The notes beneath the pieces were generated by a model that made no database searches, was not told the origin of the DNA, and saw only the letters and a list, made by a program, of their open reading frames with translations. A stretch of 64,000 nt of DNA from a virus, in IMG/VR virus record IMGVR_UViG_3300046333_000120. One strand, given 5' to 3'. The position numbers and the translations under genes are program-made. Below, piece after piece: positions 18,848-28,990 of the stretch. Within the stretch, counting starts at the first letter, position 1. The number at the start of each line of letters is the position of its first letter.

Positions 18848-19702
18848 ATGAATAGCTTTTCAAAAGTTTTCAAACAGATAATATCAGATATTAAAGTAAA
18901 TGGAAAGGTCTCTAAACCAAGAGACCTAGAAGTTTCAGAATTAATGTATAATGGATACGCAGTAGATCCTACTCAACCTATTGCAAATTTTAATAATAGA
19001 GAATTCAATTGGAAATACTTTGCCGGAGAATTAGTATGGTATTTAAATAAAGATACTAATATAGATTATATCAATCAATTTTCAGGATTTTGGAAAGGTA
19101 TTACAAATCCAGGTACAAATGAAATTAATTCTAATTATGGTTCTCTTCTTTTTGGTGAACAACTTCAATGGGTAGTTGATTCACTTAAAAAAGATAAAAA
19201 CACAAGACAGGCAATTGCTTTCTTGAATCAACCTAAATACCAATTTGAAGGTAATAAAGATTTTGTATGCACTATGTATCTTAACTTTTCAATTAGAGAA
19301 GATAAATTAGATATGAAAGTACAAATGAGATCCAATGATATTTTTTATGGTCTTACGTTTGATGCACCATTCTTTGCAGTTGTACATCAACATGTTTATC
19401 TTTGGTTAAAATCAACATATCCCGAATTATCATTAGGTACATATTACCATTTTGCAGATAATATTCATTTTTATGAAAGACATTATGAACTTGCTGAAAA
19501 AATAGTAAATGAAACTTTACACCTGGATCAATATACTATGAAATTAAATACTCCACTATTTAATATTGAAAAAGGTAATATGATAATAACAGATCATGGT
19601 ATTAAGATGATACATAATATTAATAAAGGTATTGAAATGGATGCTAACAAAGATTATTATAATAACTTATTAGTAGAATACCTTAATATAAAAAGAGTAT
19701 GA
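18848..19702 (+). CDS. Thymidylate-synthase-fold enzyme, dCMP hydroxymethylase-like
   Basis: Catalytic Cys (DFVCT), MRSND..G..FD, NIHFY. Confidence 0.75.
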   Translation: MNSFSKVFKQIISDIKVNGKVSKPRDLEVSELMYNGYAVDPTQPIANFNNREFNWKYFAGELVWYLNKDTNIDYINQFSGFWKGITNPGTNEINSNYGSLLFGEQLQWVVDSLKKDKNTRQAIAFLNQPKYQFEGNKDFVCTMYLNFSIREDKLDMKVQMRSNDIFYGLTFDAPFFAVVHQHVYLWLKSTYPELSLGTYYHFADNIHFYERHYELAEKIVNETLHLDQYTMKLNTPLFNIEKGNMIITDHGIKMIHNINKGIEMDANKDYYNNLLVEYLNIKRV

Positions 19703-19995
19703 TTAAACAAATGAGTAAAATTCCAGAATTTTATATAGAAGGAGAAAACGCAAGTACTGTTCATAATACATATGAATTTCATAATAGAATTATCGAATTA
19801 ATTGAAACTAATTTAAGTGGAGAATCTAAGGAAACCACTCTATGTCATTTAATATCGGAAGATGGCACGGTGATGACAGCAGATCTACCAAGGAATGCAT
19901 ATAAGCAATCAATATTAAAAAGCTTAGAATTCTATATAGAAAAAGAGAATTATGAGATGTGTACACGAATTAAAAATTTAATAGAACAATTATAA
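19699..19995 (+). CDS. Small protein with C-terminal UVR-like motif
   Basis: YIEKENYEMCTRIKNLIEQL; immediately upstream of clpP. Confidence 0.65.
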   Translation: MIKQMSKIPEFYIEGENASTVHNTYEFHNRIIELIETNLSGESKETTLCHLISEDGTVMTADLPRNAYKQSILKSLEFYIEKENYEMCTRIKNLIEQL

Positions 19996-19997
19996 AA

Positions 19998-20675
19998 ATG
20001 AATTACGGAAAAGAATTTGAAAAATACGCGATGAGCGACCATGGAATTAGTTCTATTAATATGCACTATGCTAAAAAACAATTAGAAAATGCATTGACTC
20101 CTTATATTTTAGAGGAGAGAGAATTACGAGCAACCCAGATGGATATTTTTTCAAGATTAATGATGGATAGATTATTATGGGTAGCAGGTCCTGTGAATGA
20201 CAATATGTCTACTATAGTACAGGCTCAATTAATGTTCTTAGATTCTTCGGATGATAGGGATATTACAATGCATATTGATTCAGGAGGAGGAAGTGTAAAA
20301 TCCGGACTTTCGATGGTTGACGTTATGGAATATATTAAATCTGATATACGTACAGTCAACACGGGAATAGCAGCCTCTATGGGTTCTGTTTTATTAGGAG
20401 CAGGAACTAAGGGTAAGAGAAGTTCTTTAAGGCACTCTACCGCTATGTTACATCAATCTTCAGGAGGATTTAGTGGAAATATTCAAGATGCTGAAATCGA
20501 TTGGGCAGAATGGCAAAAAGTTAACAAAGAATTATTTACTCTTTTAGGAAAATATTGTGGTAAAAAGCCTGAGCAGGTTATGAAAGATGCTACTAGGGAT
20601 TTATGGTTGAATGCAGAAGAAGCGTTAAAGTATGGAATTATAGATGAGATTATAATATCAAAAAAAATAATATAA
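19998..20675 (+). CDS. clpP: ATP-dependent Clp protease proteolytic subunit
   Basis: DIFSRLMMDR, AASMGS (Ser), LHQ (His), RDLWL (Asp). Confidence 0.95.
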   Translation: MNYGKEFEKYAMSDHGISSINMHYAKKQLENALTPYILEERELRATQMDIFSRLMMDRLLWVAGPVNDNMSTIVQAQLMFLDSSDDRDITMHIDSGGGSVKSGLSMVDVMEYIKSDIRTVNTGIAASMGSVLLGAGTKGKRSSLRHSTAMLHQSSGGFSGNIQDAEIDWAEWQKVNKELFTLLGKYCGKKPEQVMKDATRDLWLNAEEALKYGIIDEIIISKKII

Positions 20676-20684
20676 TAACATAAT

Positions 20685-20882
20685 ATGAGAATACATTTCT
20701 ATATACACATAGAGGAATTAGAATATCTTAATAAGATATTACATAGTAAAATGGAAGCTCAAGAATATCGAGTTTCCATTTCTCCTATGTATTTTGAAAA
20801 CTCATACTTAGTAGATATATCATATGAAGATTTTGTAAGATTAAACGATAACTATCAATTTTCTACACTTATATCATTATAA
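20685..20882 (+). CDS. Hypothetical protein
   Basis: ORF in operon. Confidence 0.55.
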   Translation: MRIHFYIHIEELEYLNKILHSKMEAQEYRVSISPMYFENSYLVDISYEDFVRLNDNYQFSTLISL

Positions 20883-20907
20883 TATATTAATATAATACTA
20901 AAATAAT

Positions 20908-21222
20908 ATGACAAAAAGAGAAAAACAAAGAGACCTTTTTATTGAGTTAATTAACTATCAATTAAAAGACCATGGTGTAAAATATGAGGACGTTAAAGAA
21001 AATCCAGCGTGGTATATGGAATATCATACAACTCTAGAAAAAGAAAATGAATTTATAACATATTGTATTTCTAGAATTCAAGAAGTTTTAAAATTATCAA
21101 AGGCAAATGCTGAAAGGGAAGCAAGTTGGTTTATTCTACAATGGGGTCTTACTACTAAATATTCTCAAAATAATACTGAATCACAGAATATTCAACGAAA
21201 AATAAAAGATTCCGAACTATAA
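20908..21222 (+). CDS. Hypothetical protein
   Basis: ORF. Confidence 0.6.
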   Translation: MTKREKQRDLFIELINYQLKDHGVKYEDVKENPAWYMEYHTTLEKENEFITYCISRIQEVLKLSKANAEREASWFILQWGLTTKYSQNNTESQNIQRKIKDSEL

Positions 21223-21283
21223 GATTATGATAATATAATTCATTTTTATAATTTATTTCCATGTTAATTTTGATAAATATAGT

Positions 21284-21985
21284 ATGGAAATATTTGACAA
21301 ACATTGGCTTACAACTGGTCCATACGATTATGAATCAAAACACTACAAATTATTAGCTGCAATAAAGGAAATAGATTCTTTAGTTGCGGCTAAATCTTTA
21401 TATACTGCAATAAGTATTGTTGAACTAGAACTTGAAAAGTTATACAATATAAAATATAATAAAGATTCTATAGAATTAAAACATAGAAAAATTAAGGGCA
21501 TTGATATTGACAATATGGAATTATCATACGAGTTTCATGAAACTAACAAAGATTTACAAGTTATATATGATATATGTGATACTGCAATCGATTCATTAGA
21601 ACAAGCATATAGACATATTAGAGATAAATGGAGAACCTTTGAAACTAATTGTGAAATAACTGAAATTCCAGATAAAAAACCATTAAATACAATGGGATAT
21701 ATTATGTATATTGTCCCTAATTCCTCTATCATTAAAATTTATAAATATATCGAACCAACTAGTTTTAAAATAGATTGGAATAAATTCAAATTGACTGAGG
21801 TTTGTGAAATAAAAAATGAAATTAGAGAAATTGCAGTATTTATTGCTCACTCAGAGGCCAATACGAATGCATACCGTTTTTTTAGATTTGATGTAAAAAT
21901 TAAAACAGAACTTCCACCCTTTGACGAATGTATGCTTCCTCTTATGAAATATTGTATATTTAATAGAATCAAACATGGAATTTAG
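21284..21985 (+). CDS. Hypothetical protein
   Basis: ORF. Confidence 0.65.
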   Translation: MEIFDKHWLTTGPYDYESKHYKLLAAIKEIDSLVAAKSLYTAISIVELELEKLYNIKYNKDSIELKHRKIKGIDIDNMELSYEFHETNKDLQVIYDICDTAIDSLEQAYRHIRDKWRTFETNCEITEIPDKKPLNTMGYIMYIVPNSSIIKIYKYIEPTSFKIDWNKFKLTEVCEIKNEIREIAVFIAHSEANTNAYRFFRFDVKIKTELPPFDECMLPLMKYCIFNRIKHGI

Positions 21986-22016
21986 AATATATAAAATATA
22001 AAAATAATTTTTAAAA

Positions 22017-23237
22017 ATGGCATACGTTGTACAGGATGATATAATTGCAAGTATAGATTTAACATTTAATCTTAAACAAGGAGAATCTCAAATATATGAA
22101 ATAACGTTAGACCGTGATTTCATTGGAAACCAATTAAACGCAAGGGCAGTCACATCAATATCAGTTGGTATATTAAATTCATCGGGTAAAAAAGTACTTA
22201 TGTATAATAATCCAATGGTGCCAGGGGTTTCGGATACTCTTATATTTGCAGATGTTTCTGAAAATAAACCTGGAGTTATACGATTTGAAATTACATCTTC
22301 TCAATCTCTTTCAATTACAGGTGGACAATTAAATGCACAAGTTACTTTAGTTTTTTCTGATTTTTATCCAAATGCAAAAACATATATTATGCCATTATTA
22401 TTGTTAGGCCAAGTTATTGAGGCAGATCCTATCGATGGAGGTGGAGGAACAACGACTCCATCTACTGGGTTAGGAGCACCTTTATATACTATAGAGCATA
22501 TTGATGGTAACTATCCAAGTCAATATGGAAAAATGTCAATAAATTCACAAGATCCTACTCTAATTACCGAAATTACTTTTAGAAATTTAGATAAAAATGC
22601 AGTAAGAGCCACTATTCTTGAAAACTTTCTTGTTAATAGAATGGGAGCAGATCAAATTGATGGTATAATTACTTTATTCGATACAAATAATTCAAAATTT
22701 TATACTTTATATAAAATAATAGGATGGCAACGAGTTGATATTACAACAGGTAACGGAAATACAGATAATACAGATGGAATTAAAATTAGAGTTGTATTAG
22801 AAGGAATTTCAACAGGACCTGGCGTTTTAAAAACAAGATGGAATATGGGAGATAATGTTACATTCTCAATAGATACCCATGGTATTACAAAAAGTTCAAT
22901 TAAACCAACTGGAATATTAACGTTTGCCGATAAAAATAAAAAGGTAACGATTGCAACTAATGGAAATAATTCCCCAACAGGCGCACATATTAGTTATTCT
23001 CCATACTATGATTCTTACGTTATAGTGGAAATCAATGGAATTAGTATAGATCTTGGAAATAATAGTAAAAATGCAACTGCATATTTTTCAGGAAATAATG
23101 GATTAACCGCTGTTCAAATTGAATCAATACGAGAAGGAGACCAATTAATTTGGAATGGAGATATTGCAGGATATGAATTAGAATTAGGCGATGAGATAAA
23201 CTTAATATATGAGGTTAATGTTGATGATTTAAGATAA
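22017..23237 (+). CDS. Putative virion structural protein
   Basis: Beta-rich; C-terminal domain paralogous to that of 28204-28962. Confidence 0.55.
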   Translation: MAYVVQDDIIASIDLTFNLKQGESQIYEITLDRDFIGNQLNARAVTSISVGILNSSGKKVLMYNNPMVPGVSDTLIFADVSENKPGVIRFEITSSQSLSITGGQLNAQVTLVFSDFYPNAKTYIMPLLLLGQVIEADPIDGGGGTTTPSTGLGAPLYTIEHIDGNYPSQYGKMSINSQDPTLITEITFRNLDKNAVRATILENFLVNRMGADQIDGIITLFDTNNSKFYTLYKIIGWQRVDITTGNGNTDNTDGIKIRVVLEGISTGPGVLKTRWNMGDNVTFSIDTHGITKSSIKPTGILTFADKNKKVTIATNGNNSPTGAHISYSPYYDSYVIVEINGISIDLGNNSKNATAYFSGNNGLTAVQIESIREGDQLIWNGDIAGYELELGDEINLIYEVNVDDLR

Positions 23238-23404
23238 TTTAAAAATTGATTTTTTTAATTTTTTATTTAAAAATAATCATATAATATATCAAAATCAATA
23301 AAATCATATAAAATCATATTAATATATAATACAGTTACAAACAATTATGCGAGTAACTCCATGGACAATAAAGTTTATGGGCCTAAAAAAATTATATATT
23401 ATAA

Positions 23405-25432
23405 ATGGCACAAATTCGTTCAAAACAAATTGCAGACTTTTTATCATCAGTAAACTGGGCTTCTGTTAACTCTACAGACATTGCAAACGCAGCTGACATT
23501 AAAGCATTAGTATCTTCTGAGATCGCTGCAGTAAATGGAGACAACACTGAATTATCAAATGGTTTAGCACAAGAAATTATCGATAGAGCAGCTGGTGATG
23601 CAACTTTATCTACTGACATTCTTGCAGAGTACACTAGAGCTACTAACGCGGAAGATAACATCAACATGGGTTTATCGTTTACTATGACTACTATCTTTGA
23701 TGAAACCAGTAGAGCATTTACAGCTGAAGGTGTTTTATCTACTGACATTCTTGCAGAGTACAATAGAGCATCTTTAGTTGAAACTGGTTTATCTGCTGAA
23801 ATCGTTGCTGAAATCGGTGCAGTAAGAGAAGAAATGAATGGTTTAGAAACAACATTAGAGTTAGCTGATTCTAATTTAGACGCAAAAATCACTACTGAAA
23901 AAGGTAGAATCGATGCAATCTTATTAGCATCTGATGCTGACAAAGATTCATTCGCTGAAATCGTTTCTTTAATTAATGGTGTTGATACCACTAACGACAA
24001 TGCATTCGCAGGATATGTATTATCTAACAATGCATCAGTTGATTCATTAGAAGTAGCTATCACTGGAGACTTTAATTCTATCGACACTAGATCTTTAGAT
24101 TTAGAAAATGCTTTAGCTGCTGAAATATCTGCAACTAATGCAGATGTTACTTCTATCGATTTAGCGATCGCTGCTGAACATTCTCATCACACTGCTGCTG
24201 AAGTTTCTTTAGAAAACGCTTTAACTGCTGAAATCTCTGCAACTAATTCTGACTTCGTAAGAGTTGAAGCTGCTTATGCTGCTGCAGATTCTATTGAAAA
24301 AGTTAGAGCTGAAGCTGCTGAAGAAGTATTAACTGATAATTTATCTGCTTTATCTACTGAAGTTGTTAATGAAGTTGCTTCTATCGATACAAGATTAGGT
24401 TCAGTTTCTGGAGATTTAGTTTCTTCAGTTGATTCATTAGAAGTTGCTTTAACTGCTGAAATCTCAGTTACTAATTCTGACTTCGTAGTTGTTAACTCAT
24501 CTATTGATTCATTAGAGGTTGCTTTAACTGCTGAAATTGATGCAACTGATGCTGACTTCGTAGTTGTTAACTCATCTATTGATTCATTAGAAGTTGCTTT
24601 AACTGCTGAAATCTCTGCAACTAATTCTGATTTTACTTCAGTTAATACTAGAGTTTCTACTGAAGAAGCTAGAGTTGACGCTATCTTATTAGCTTCTTCT
24701 GCTGATAAAGATTCATTCGCTGAAATCGTTTCTTTAATCAACCAGGTTGATACTACTAATGACACTGTGTTTGCAGGATATGCTTTAGCTACAGATGCAT
24801 CTATTGATTCATTAGAATTAGCCATCGCCGGAGATTTTACTTCTATCGATACAAGAGCTACTAACTTAGAAACTGCTTTATCTGCTGAAATCTTAGCAAC
24901 AAACACTGACGTTACTTCATTAGAGACTTTAGTTTCTAATGAAATCGATGACATGACACAGTATGTTGGCGGTAATTTTGCTGCTTTAAATACTGCTGAT
25001 TTTATCGAAACAGCAAGAGCTATCGCAGCTGAAGGTTCATTATCTACTGACATTCTTGCAGAGTACAATAGAGCTACTAATGCTGAAAACGACATCAGCA
25101 TGAATGTCTTTATCGAAACAACAAGAGCTATCGCAGCTGAAGGTTCATTAGAAACTTCTATTGGTTCATTAGAAACTGCACATGATGCTAGATTAGATTC
25201 GTTAGAAGGCTACATTATGGAAGATGCTCAGGAATTAACTGAGAAATTCGTAGGTGCTGGTTATTCTTATACATTATCTAATAGTGTACAAGATGGTAAC
25301 AAATACCTAGTTAAAGCATATGTTAATGGAGTATTCGTTGAAGTTACTTCTGTAGTTGGTGCAATTGCAACAGTGTCTACATCTTACGCTATTGACGGTG
25401 ATGATAATGTAACTTTCACTTACCAATTCTAA
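23405..25432 (+). CDS. Acidic, repeat-rich coiled-coil fibre-like protein
   Basis: 25-aa repeats DSLEVALTAEI (75-nt period at 24431/24506/24581); duplicated RIDAILLAS.ADKDSFAEIV module; strong codon bias. Confidence 0.65.
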   Translation: MAQIRSKQIADFLSSVNWASVNSTDIANAADIKALVSSEIAAVNGDNTELSNGLAQEIIDRAAGDATLSTDILAEYTRATNAEDNINMGLSFTMTTIFDETSRAFTAEGVLSTDILAEYNRASLVETGLSAEIVAEIGAVREEMNGLETTLELADSNLDAKITTEKGRIDAILLASDADKDSFAEIVSLINGVDTTNDNAFAGYVLSNNASVDSLEVAITGDFNSIDTRSLDLENALAAEISATNADVTSIDLAIAAEHSHHTAAEVSLENALTAEISATNSDFVRVEAAYAAADSIEKVRAEAAEEVLTDNLSALSTEVVNEVASIDTRLGSVSGDLVSSVDSLEVALTAEISVTNSDFVVVNSSIDSLEVALTAEIDATDADFVVVNSSIDSLEVALTAEISATNSDFTSVNTRVSTEEARVDAILLASSADKDSFAEIVSLINQVDTTNDTVFAGYALATDASIDSLELAIAGDFTSIDTRATNLETALSAEILATNTDVTSLETLVSNEIDDMTQYVGGNFAALNTADFIETARAIAAEGSLSTDILAEYNRATNAENDISMNVFIETTRAIAAEGSLETSIGSLETAHDARLDSLEGYIMEDAQELTEKFVGAGYSYTLSNSVQDGNKYLVKAYVNGVFVEVTSVVGAIATVSTSYAIDGDDNVTFTYQF

Positions 25433-25457
25433 TAAGATCCTAGATTTTATTCTGAAT

Positions 25458-25485
25458 AAAGGGTCTCTTCGGAGACCCTTTTTTT
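25458..25485 (+). terminator. Intrinsic terminator with UUCG loop
   Basis: gggtctc-ttcg-gagaccc-ttttttt. Confidence 0.88.
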
Positions 25486-25519
25486 ATAAACAAATATATA
25501 AATAAAATAAATACTTTTC

Positions 25520-26716
25520 ATGAAAATAGGAATCACCATCGGTCTGACAAAGGAAAATGAATCACTTTGGATTAATGGAATTAAACTAAATGCATTATAT
25601 TTAGCAAACACTCTATTAAATATAGGAGAACATGATGTGTGGATTTTAGACACATCTGATAAAGTCGAAGATCTTACTAAAGTGCAATGGGACACTACTA
25701 AATTCCCAATATATAAATTTAAAGAAAAATTTAAAGAAATAGATTTACTTATAACATTAGGTACATCAATACCTGAAAATTGGTCTAATGCAATAAAAAC
25801 TGCAAATCCAAATGCTAAAATAGTAAAGTACCAATGTGGTAATAACTATGTGGTAGATATGGAAAGAGTTTTATTTGGAGATCCAGATGCAGAAGGGATT
25901 CCATCTTGGGATAAAGGACATGATGCAACATGGACAATACCCCAACAAGAATATCACAATAAAGAATATTTTCAATTAATATATAGACAAAATCCAGAGG
26001 ATGTTAAAATAGTTCCATTTGTATGGGATCCTATGTTTATTGATAGAAATAGTGAAACGCTTAAATCGCTTGGCAAAAAACATCCACAGTACATACCTAA
26101 ACCGGCTTCCGAAAAGAAAATTTCAGTAATGGAACCAAATTTAAATGTGGTAAAATATGCACTTATACCTATAATGATTACTGAGGCTTTTTTTAGAAAA
26201 CTTGGAGAAAATTCATTTAAACAATTATATGTAGGAAGTGGTAATAAATTATTAAAAAATAAATATTTTCTGGGAATGATTAAAAACCTAGATATAGTAA
26301 ATAGAAAAAATCCACTTATTAAATTTGTGCCAAGGTATCCAGTAACTACATTCCTTGCAGAGGAAACTGATATAGTATTAGCACACCAATGGGGAAATCC
26401 ATTAAATTATTCATATTTAGATGCTATTCATTTTGGGTACCCAGTAGTACATAATGCAGATTTTATAAAAGATGCTGGATATTATTATAAGGACTTTTCA
26501 ATATTCGGAGGAATGGAACAATTAGATCTTGCAATAAATCAACATGACAATAAAATAGAGGAATACAAAGAAAGGAATAAAAAAGTATTAGATAGATACC
26601 TATCAACTAATCCTGATGTTGTAGATACATATAGAAAATTAATAGAGAATTTATGGGATCCTAATAAACATAAATTATCATACAAATATAACTGGAAAAC
26701 AAATACATATAAATAA
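25520..26716 (+). CDS. DUF2827-family protein (glycosyltransferase-like)
   Basis: MKIGITI...WINGI, MEPNLNVVK, HQWGNPLNYSY. Confidence 0.7.
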   Translation: MKIGITIGLTKENESLWINGIKLNALYLANTLLNIGEHDVWILDTSDKVEDLTKVQWDTTKFPIYKFKEKFKEIDLLITLGTSIPENWSNAIKTANPNAKIVKYQCGNNYVVDMERVLFGDPDAEGIPSWDKGHDATWTIPQQEYHNKEYFQLIYRQNPEDVKIVPFVWDPMFIDRNSETLKSLGKKHPQYIPKPASEKKISVMEPNLNVVKYALIPIMITEAFFRKLGENSFKQLYVGSGNKLLKNKYFLGMIKNLDIVNRKNPLIKFVPRYPVTTFLAEETDIVLAHQWGNPLNYSYLDAIHFGYPVVHNADFIKDAGYYYKDFSIFGGMEQLDLAINQHDNKIEEYKERNKKVLDRYLSTNPDVVDTYRKLIENLWDPNKHKLSYKYNWKTNTYK

Positions 26717-27483
26717 TGAGTGAATTATCAAATTTAATGGAATCAATCGATAAACAAAAAATATCGATAATAATGCAGTCTTATCTTGGAGATTATCCAG
26801 GTTCTAGAACCGACTCTATATCTAAATTTAGAAGAGCAGTTAAAAGTTTTCAAAATCAACTATATAAAAATTGCGAATTGATTATAGTATCAGATGGTTG
26901 TACCAAAACACACCAGATTTACACTAGAGAATTCAAAAATGATCCTTCAATTAAATTTATATTTGTGGATAAAGATACGCCAAACATGTATGAATTAAAC
27001 AAGGATGGGCATAAATATTATAGAGGATTTCCAAGAAGAGTTGGTGTTGGCGCTGCCACAGGTTCTTTAATAACATATATGGATTCTGATGATTTCTTAT
27101 TACCTGAATTCACATTAACTTTATTACTTACGTATAATATGAACACTGAATTAGAATGGTGGATCAACACCGAATGGTATGATAATGAAAAGGCAGAATG
27201 GGAAGATAGCCCTGTAATTTTCGGAAGTAATCATACTGAAGATATTGAAATAGAAGGTCTTTCCGGAAAATGGACAAAAACATCAATAAAACCAGGCATG
27301 GCAGTTTTAAGTCCATGGTTATTAATGCATAAAGCAACCTGCACCACCAAATGGAGAGATGTAATTGGAAATAGTGAAGACTCTGATTTTAATAAGAGAC
27401 TTAGAATGGATTATAAAAATGGAACTACACTTAATAAACCAATATATGCAAGATGTCATTATAGAGATGTATGGGATATTTAA
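26716..27483 (+). CDS. Glycosyltransferase family 2
   Basis: ISIIM, ELIIVSDG, YMDSDD, SED motifs. Confidence 0.8.
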   Translation: MSELSNLMESIDKQKISIIMQSYLGDYPGSRTDSISKFRRAVKSFQNQLYKNCELIIVSDGCTKTHQIYTREFKNDPSIKFIFVDKDTPNMYELNKDGHKYYRGFPRRVGVGAATGSLITYMDSDDFLLPEFTLTLLLTYNMNTELEWWINTEWYDNEKAEWEDSPVIFGSNHTEDIEIEGLSGKWTKTSIKPGMAVLSPWLLMHKATCTTKWRDVIGNSEDSDFNKRLRMDYKNGTTLNKPIYARCHYRDVWDI

Positions 27484-28067
27484 TCTTTATTTAATGATTT
27501 TTTAAATATATCAGCACAAATGGCGAGATATTCTTTTTTAGAATCCTCGTCATTTTTTATATACCATGAATATGCCATTGAGTTTTCATATCTTGCAATA
27601 TCTCCTTTAATAATAGAAATATTTTCAGATATATTATTAATCTCGTCAATTCCTAATTCATCAAATTCAATATCTAATTCCATTGCAAGTTTAAGTAACA
27701 TTCCCCAATCATGATTGGTATTTGCATCATTTAAATCTTCGTATGCTTTTTTAAGAAATTTAGTTTCACTTAAATTAATATCTCCTAACTTATCCGGATG
27801 ACATTTTACTGCAATCTTTCTAAATAACTTTTTAAATTTAGGGTCATCGTTGTTAGTTATTTCTGAAATTTCCGTATCTTCTTCTTTTATTTCAATGTTA
27901 ACTTGAACTTGATTCTTTGGAGCAAGAGCTTCAACTGCTTCTGGATCTGATGCAAGAAGCGCATTTCTAAACTCTCCCTCAGCAACATTTGAAATTTCTT
28001 TAACATCATCTAGGGTTTCATTTAGATAATTATAGTCTCTAATAAGTTTCTTTAATATAGGATTCAT
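27480..28067 (-). CDS. J-domain-containing protein
   Basis: KKLFRKIAVKCHPDK (HPD motif). Confidence 0.7.
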   Translation of the reverse strand: MNPILKKLIRDYNYLNETLDDVKEISNVAEGEFRNALLASDPEAVEALAPKNQVQVNIEIKEEDTEISEITNNDDPKFKKLFRKIAVKCHPDKLGDINLSETKFLKKAYEDLNDANTNHDWGMLLKLAMELDIEFDELGIDEINNISENISIIKGDIARYENSMAYSWYIKNDEDSKKEYLAICADIFKKSLNKD

Positions 28068-28203
28068 GTAGTATTTATTCTAATTATATTAATATATTCT
28101 TGTAAATAATATATAGCATATAGATATATTATGAATATATAGTATTGAGTAAGATTAAATAAATAATCTTTTTATAGAAAAAACAAAAAAAAAATAAAAA
28201 TCT

Positions 28204-28962
28204 ATGTCACAAATTAAAATCAAGCAGGTTGAAGGTTTACAAGCTGTATTGGATGCAATTGGTGTCGGGTTACAATCTGGATCTTTAAAGTCTACATATA
28301 CGCAAATTGCCCATGGCTTTTCTGCAGGAAGTGTAGTTGCTTTCTTAAATGGATCCTGGGTTTTAGCAGATGCATCATCAGCAGAGAAACTAGGTAGACT
28401 AGTTGTTGAAAGTGTAACCACCGATACATTTGTTGGAGTACAAATTGGTAATATTGAAATTATAGGATGGGGTCTTACACCTGGAAAATTCTATATGGTT
28501 GATGAAACTGGAAATGGAACAGTAGTTGAACATTTATCTCCATCGATACCTAATTTCAAGTATAGTAATCCAGTTATGCAAGCCTTAACTACAAATAAAG
28601 CCCAAGTTCTTCCATGGAGACCAAGTCTAGGAGCCACTCCACTTGCGCAAGGACAAGAATATACCCAAACTGCGCAATCAGCATATACCAGTGGAAATGG
28701 TTCAAATACTGGAATTTTCTTGGATTATACTCCATTCGCAGATTCAACTGTACAGGTATACATTAATGGTATTGCAGTAACAGAATCTTATGGAAATAAA
28801 GATGGTGAAGCATATTTTTCAAATGACAATGGAATAACAGCAGCAGCAATTCCAGAATTAATAGCAGGATCTAAATTATATTGGAATCCAAGTAATGCAG
28901 GTTATGAAATAGGTAATGGAGATACGCTTGATTTAGTATATGAAAAAAGTTCATTAGATTAA
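28204..28962 (+). CDS. Putative virion structural protein
   Basis: N-terminus similar to 23405, C-terminus similar to 22017. Confidence 0.55.
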   Translation: MSQIKIKQVEGLQAVLDAIGVGLQSGSLKSTYTQIAHGFSAGSVVAFLNGSWVLADASSAEKLGRLVVESVTTDTFVGVQIGNIEIIGWGLTPGKFYMVDETGNGTVVEHLSPSIPNFKYSNPVMQALTTNKAQVLPWRPSLGATPLAQGQEYTQTAQSAYTSGNGSNTGIFLDYTPFADSTVQVYINGIAVTESYGNKDGEAYFSNDNGITAAAIPELIAGSKLYWNPSNAGYEIGNGDTLDLVYEKSSLD

Positions 28963-28990
28963 TAAAATAAAACAAAAAAAATAAAAAAAT

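Noticed and set aside
23392-25101. Long minus-strand ORFs 23392-24087 and 24274-25101
   Set aside because: Antisense shadows of a strongly codon-biased plus-strand gene
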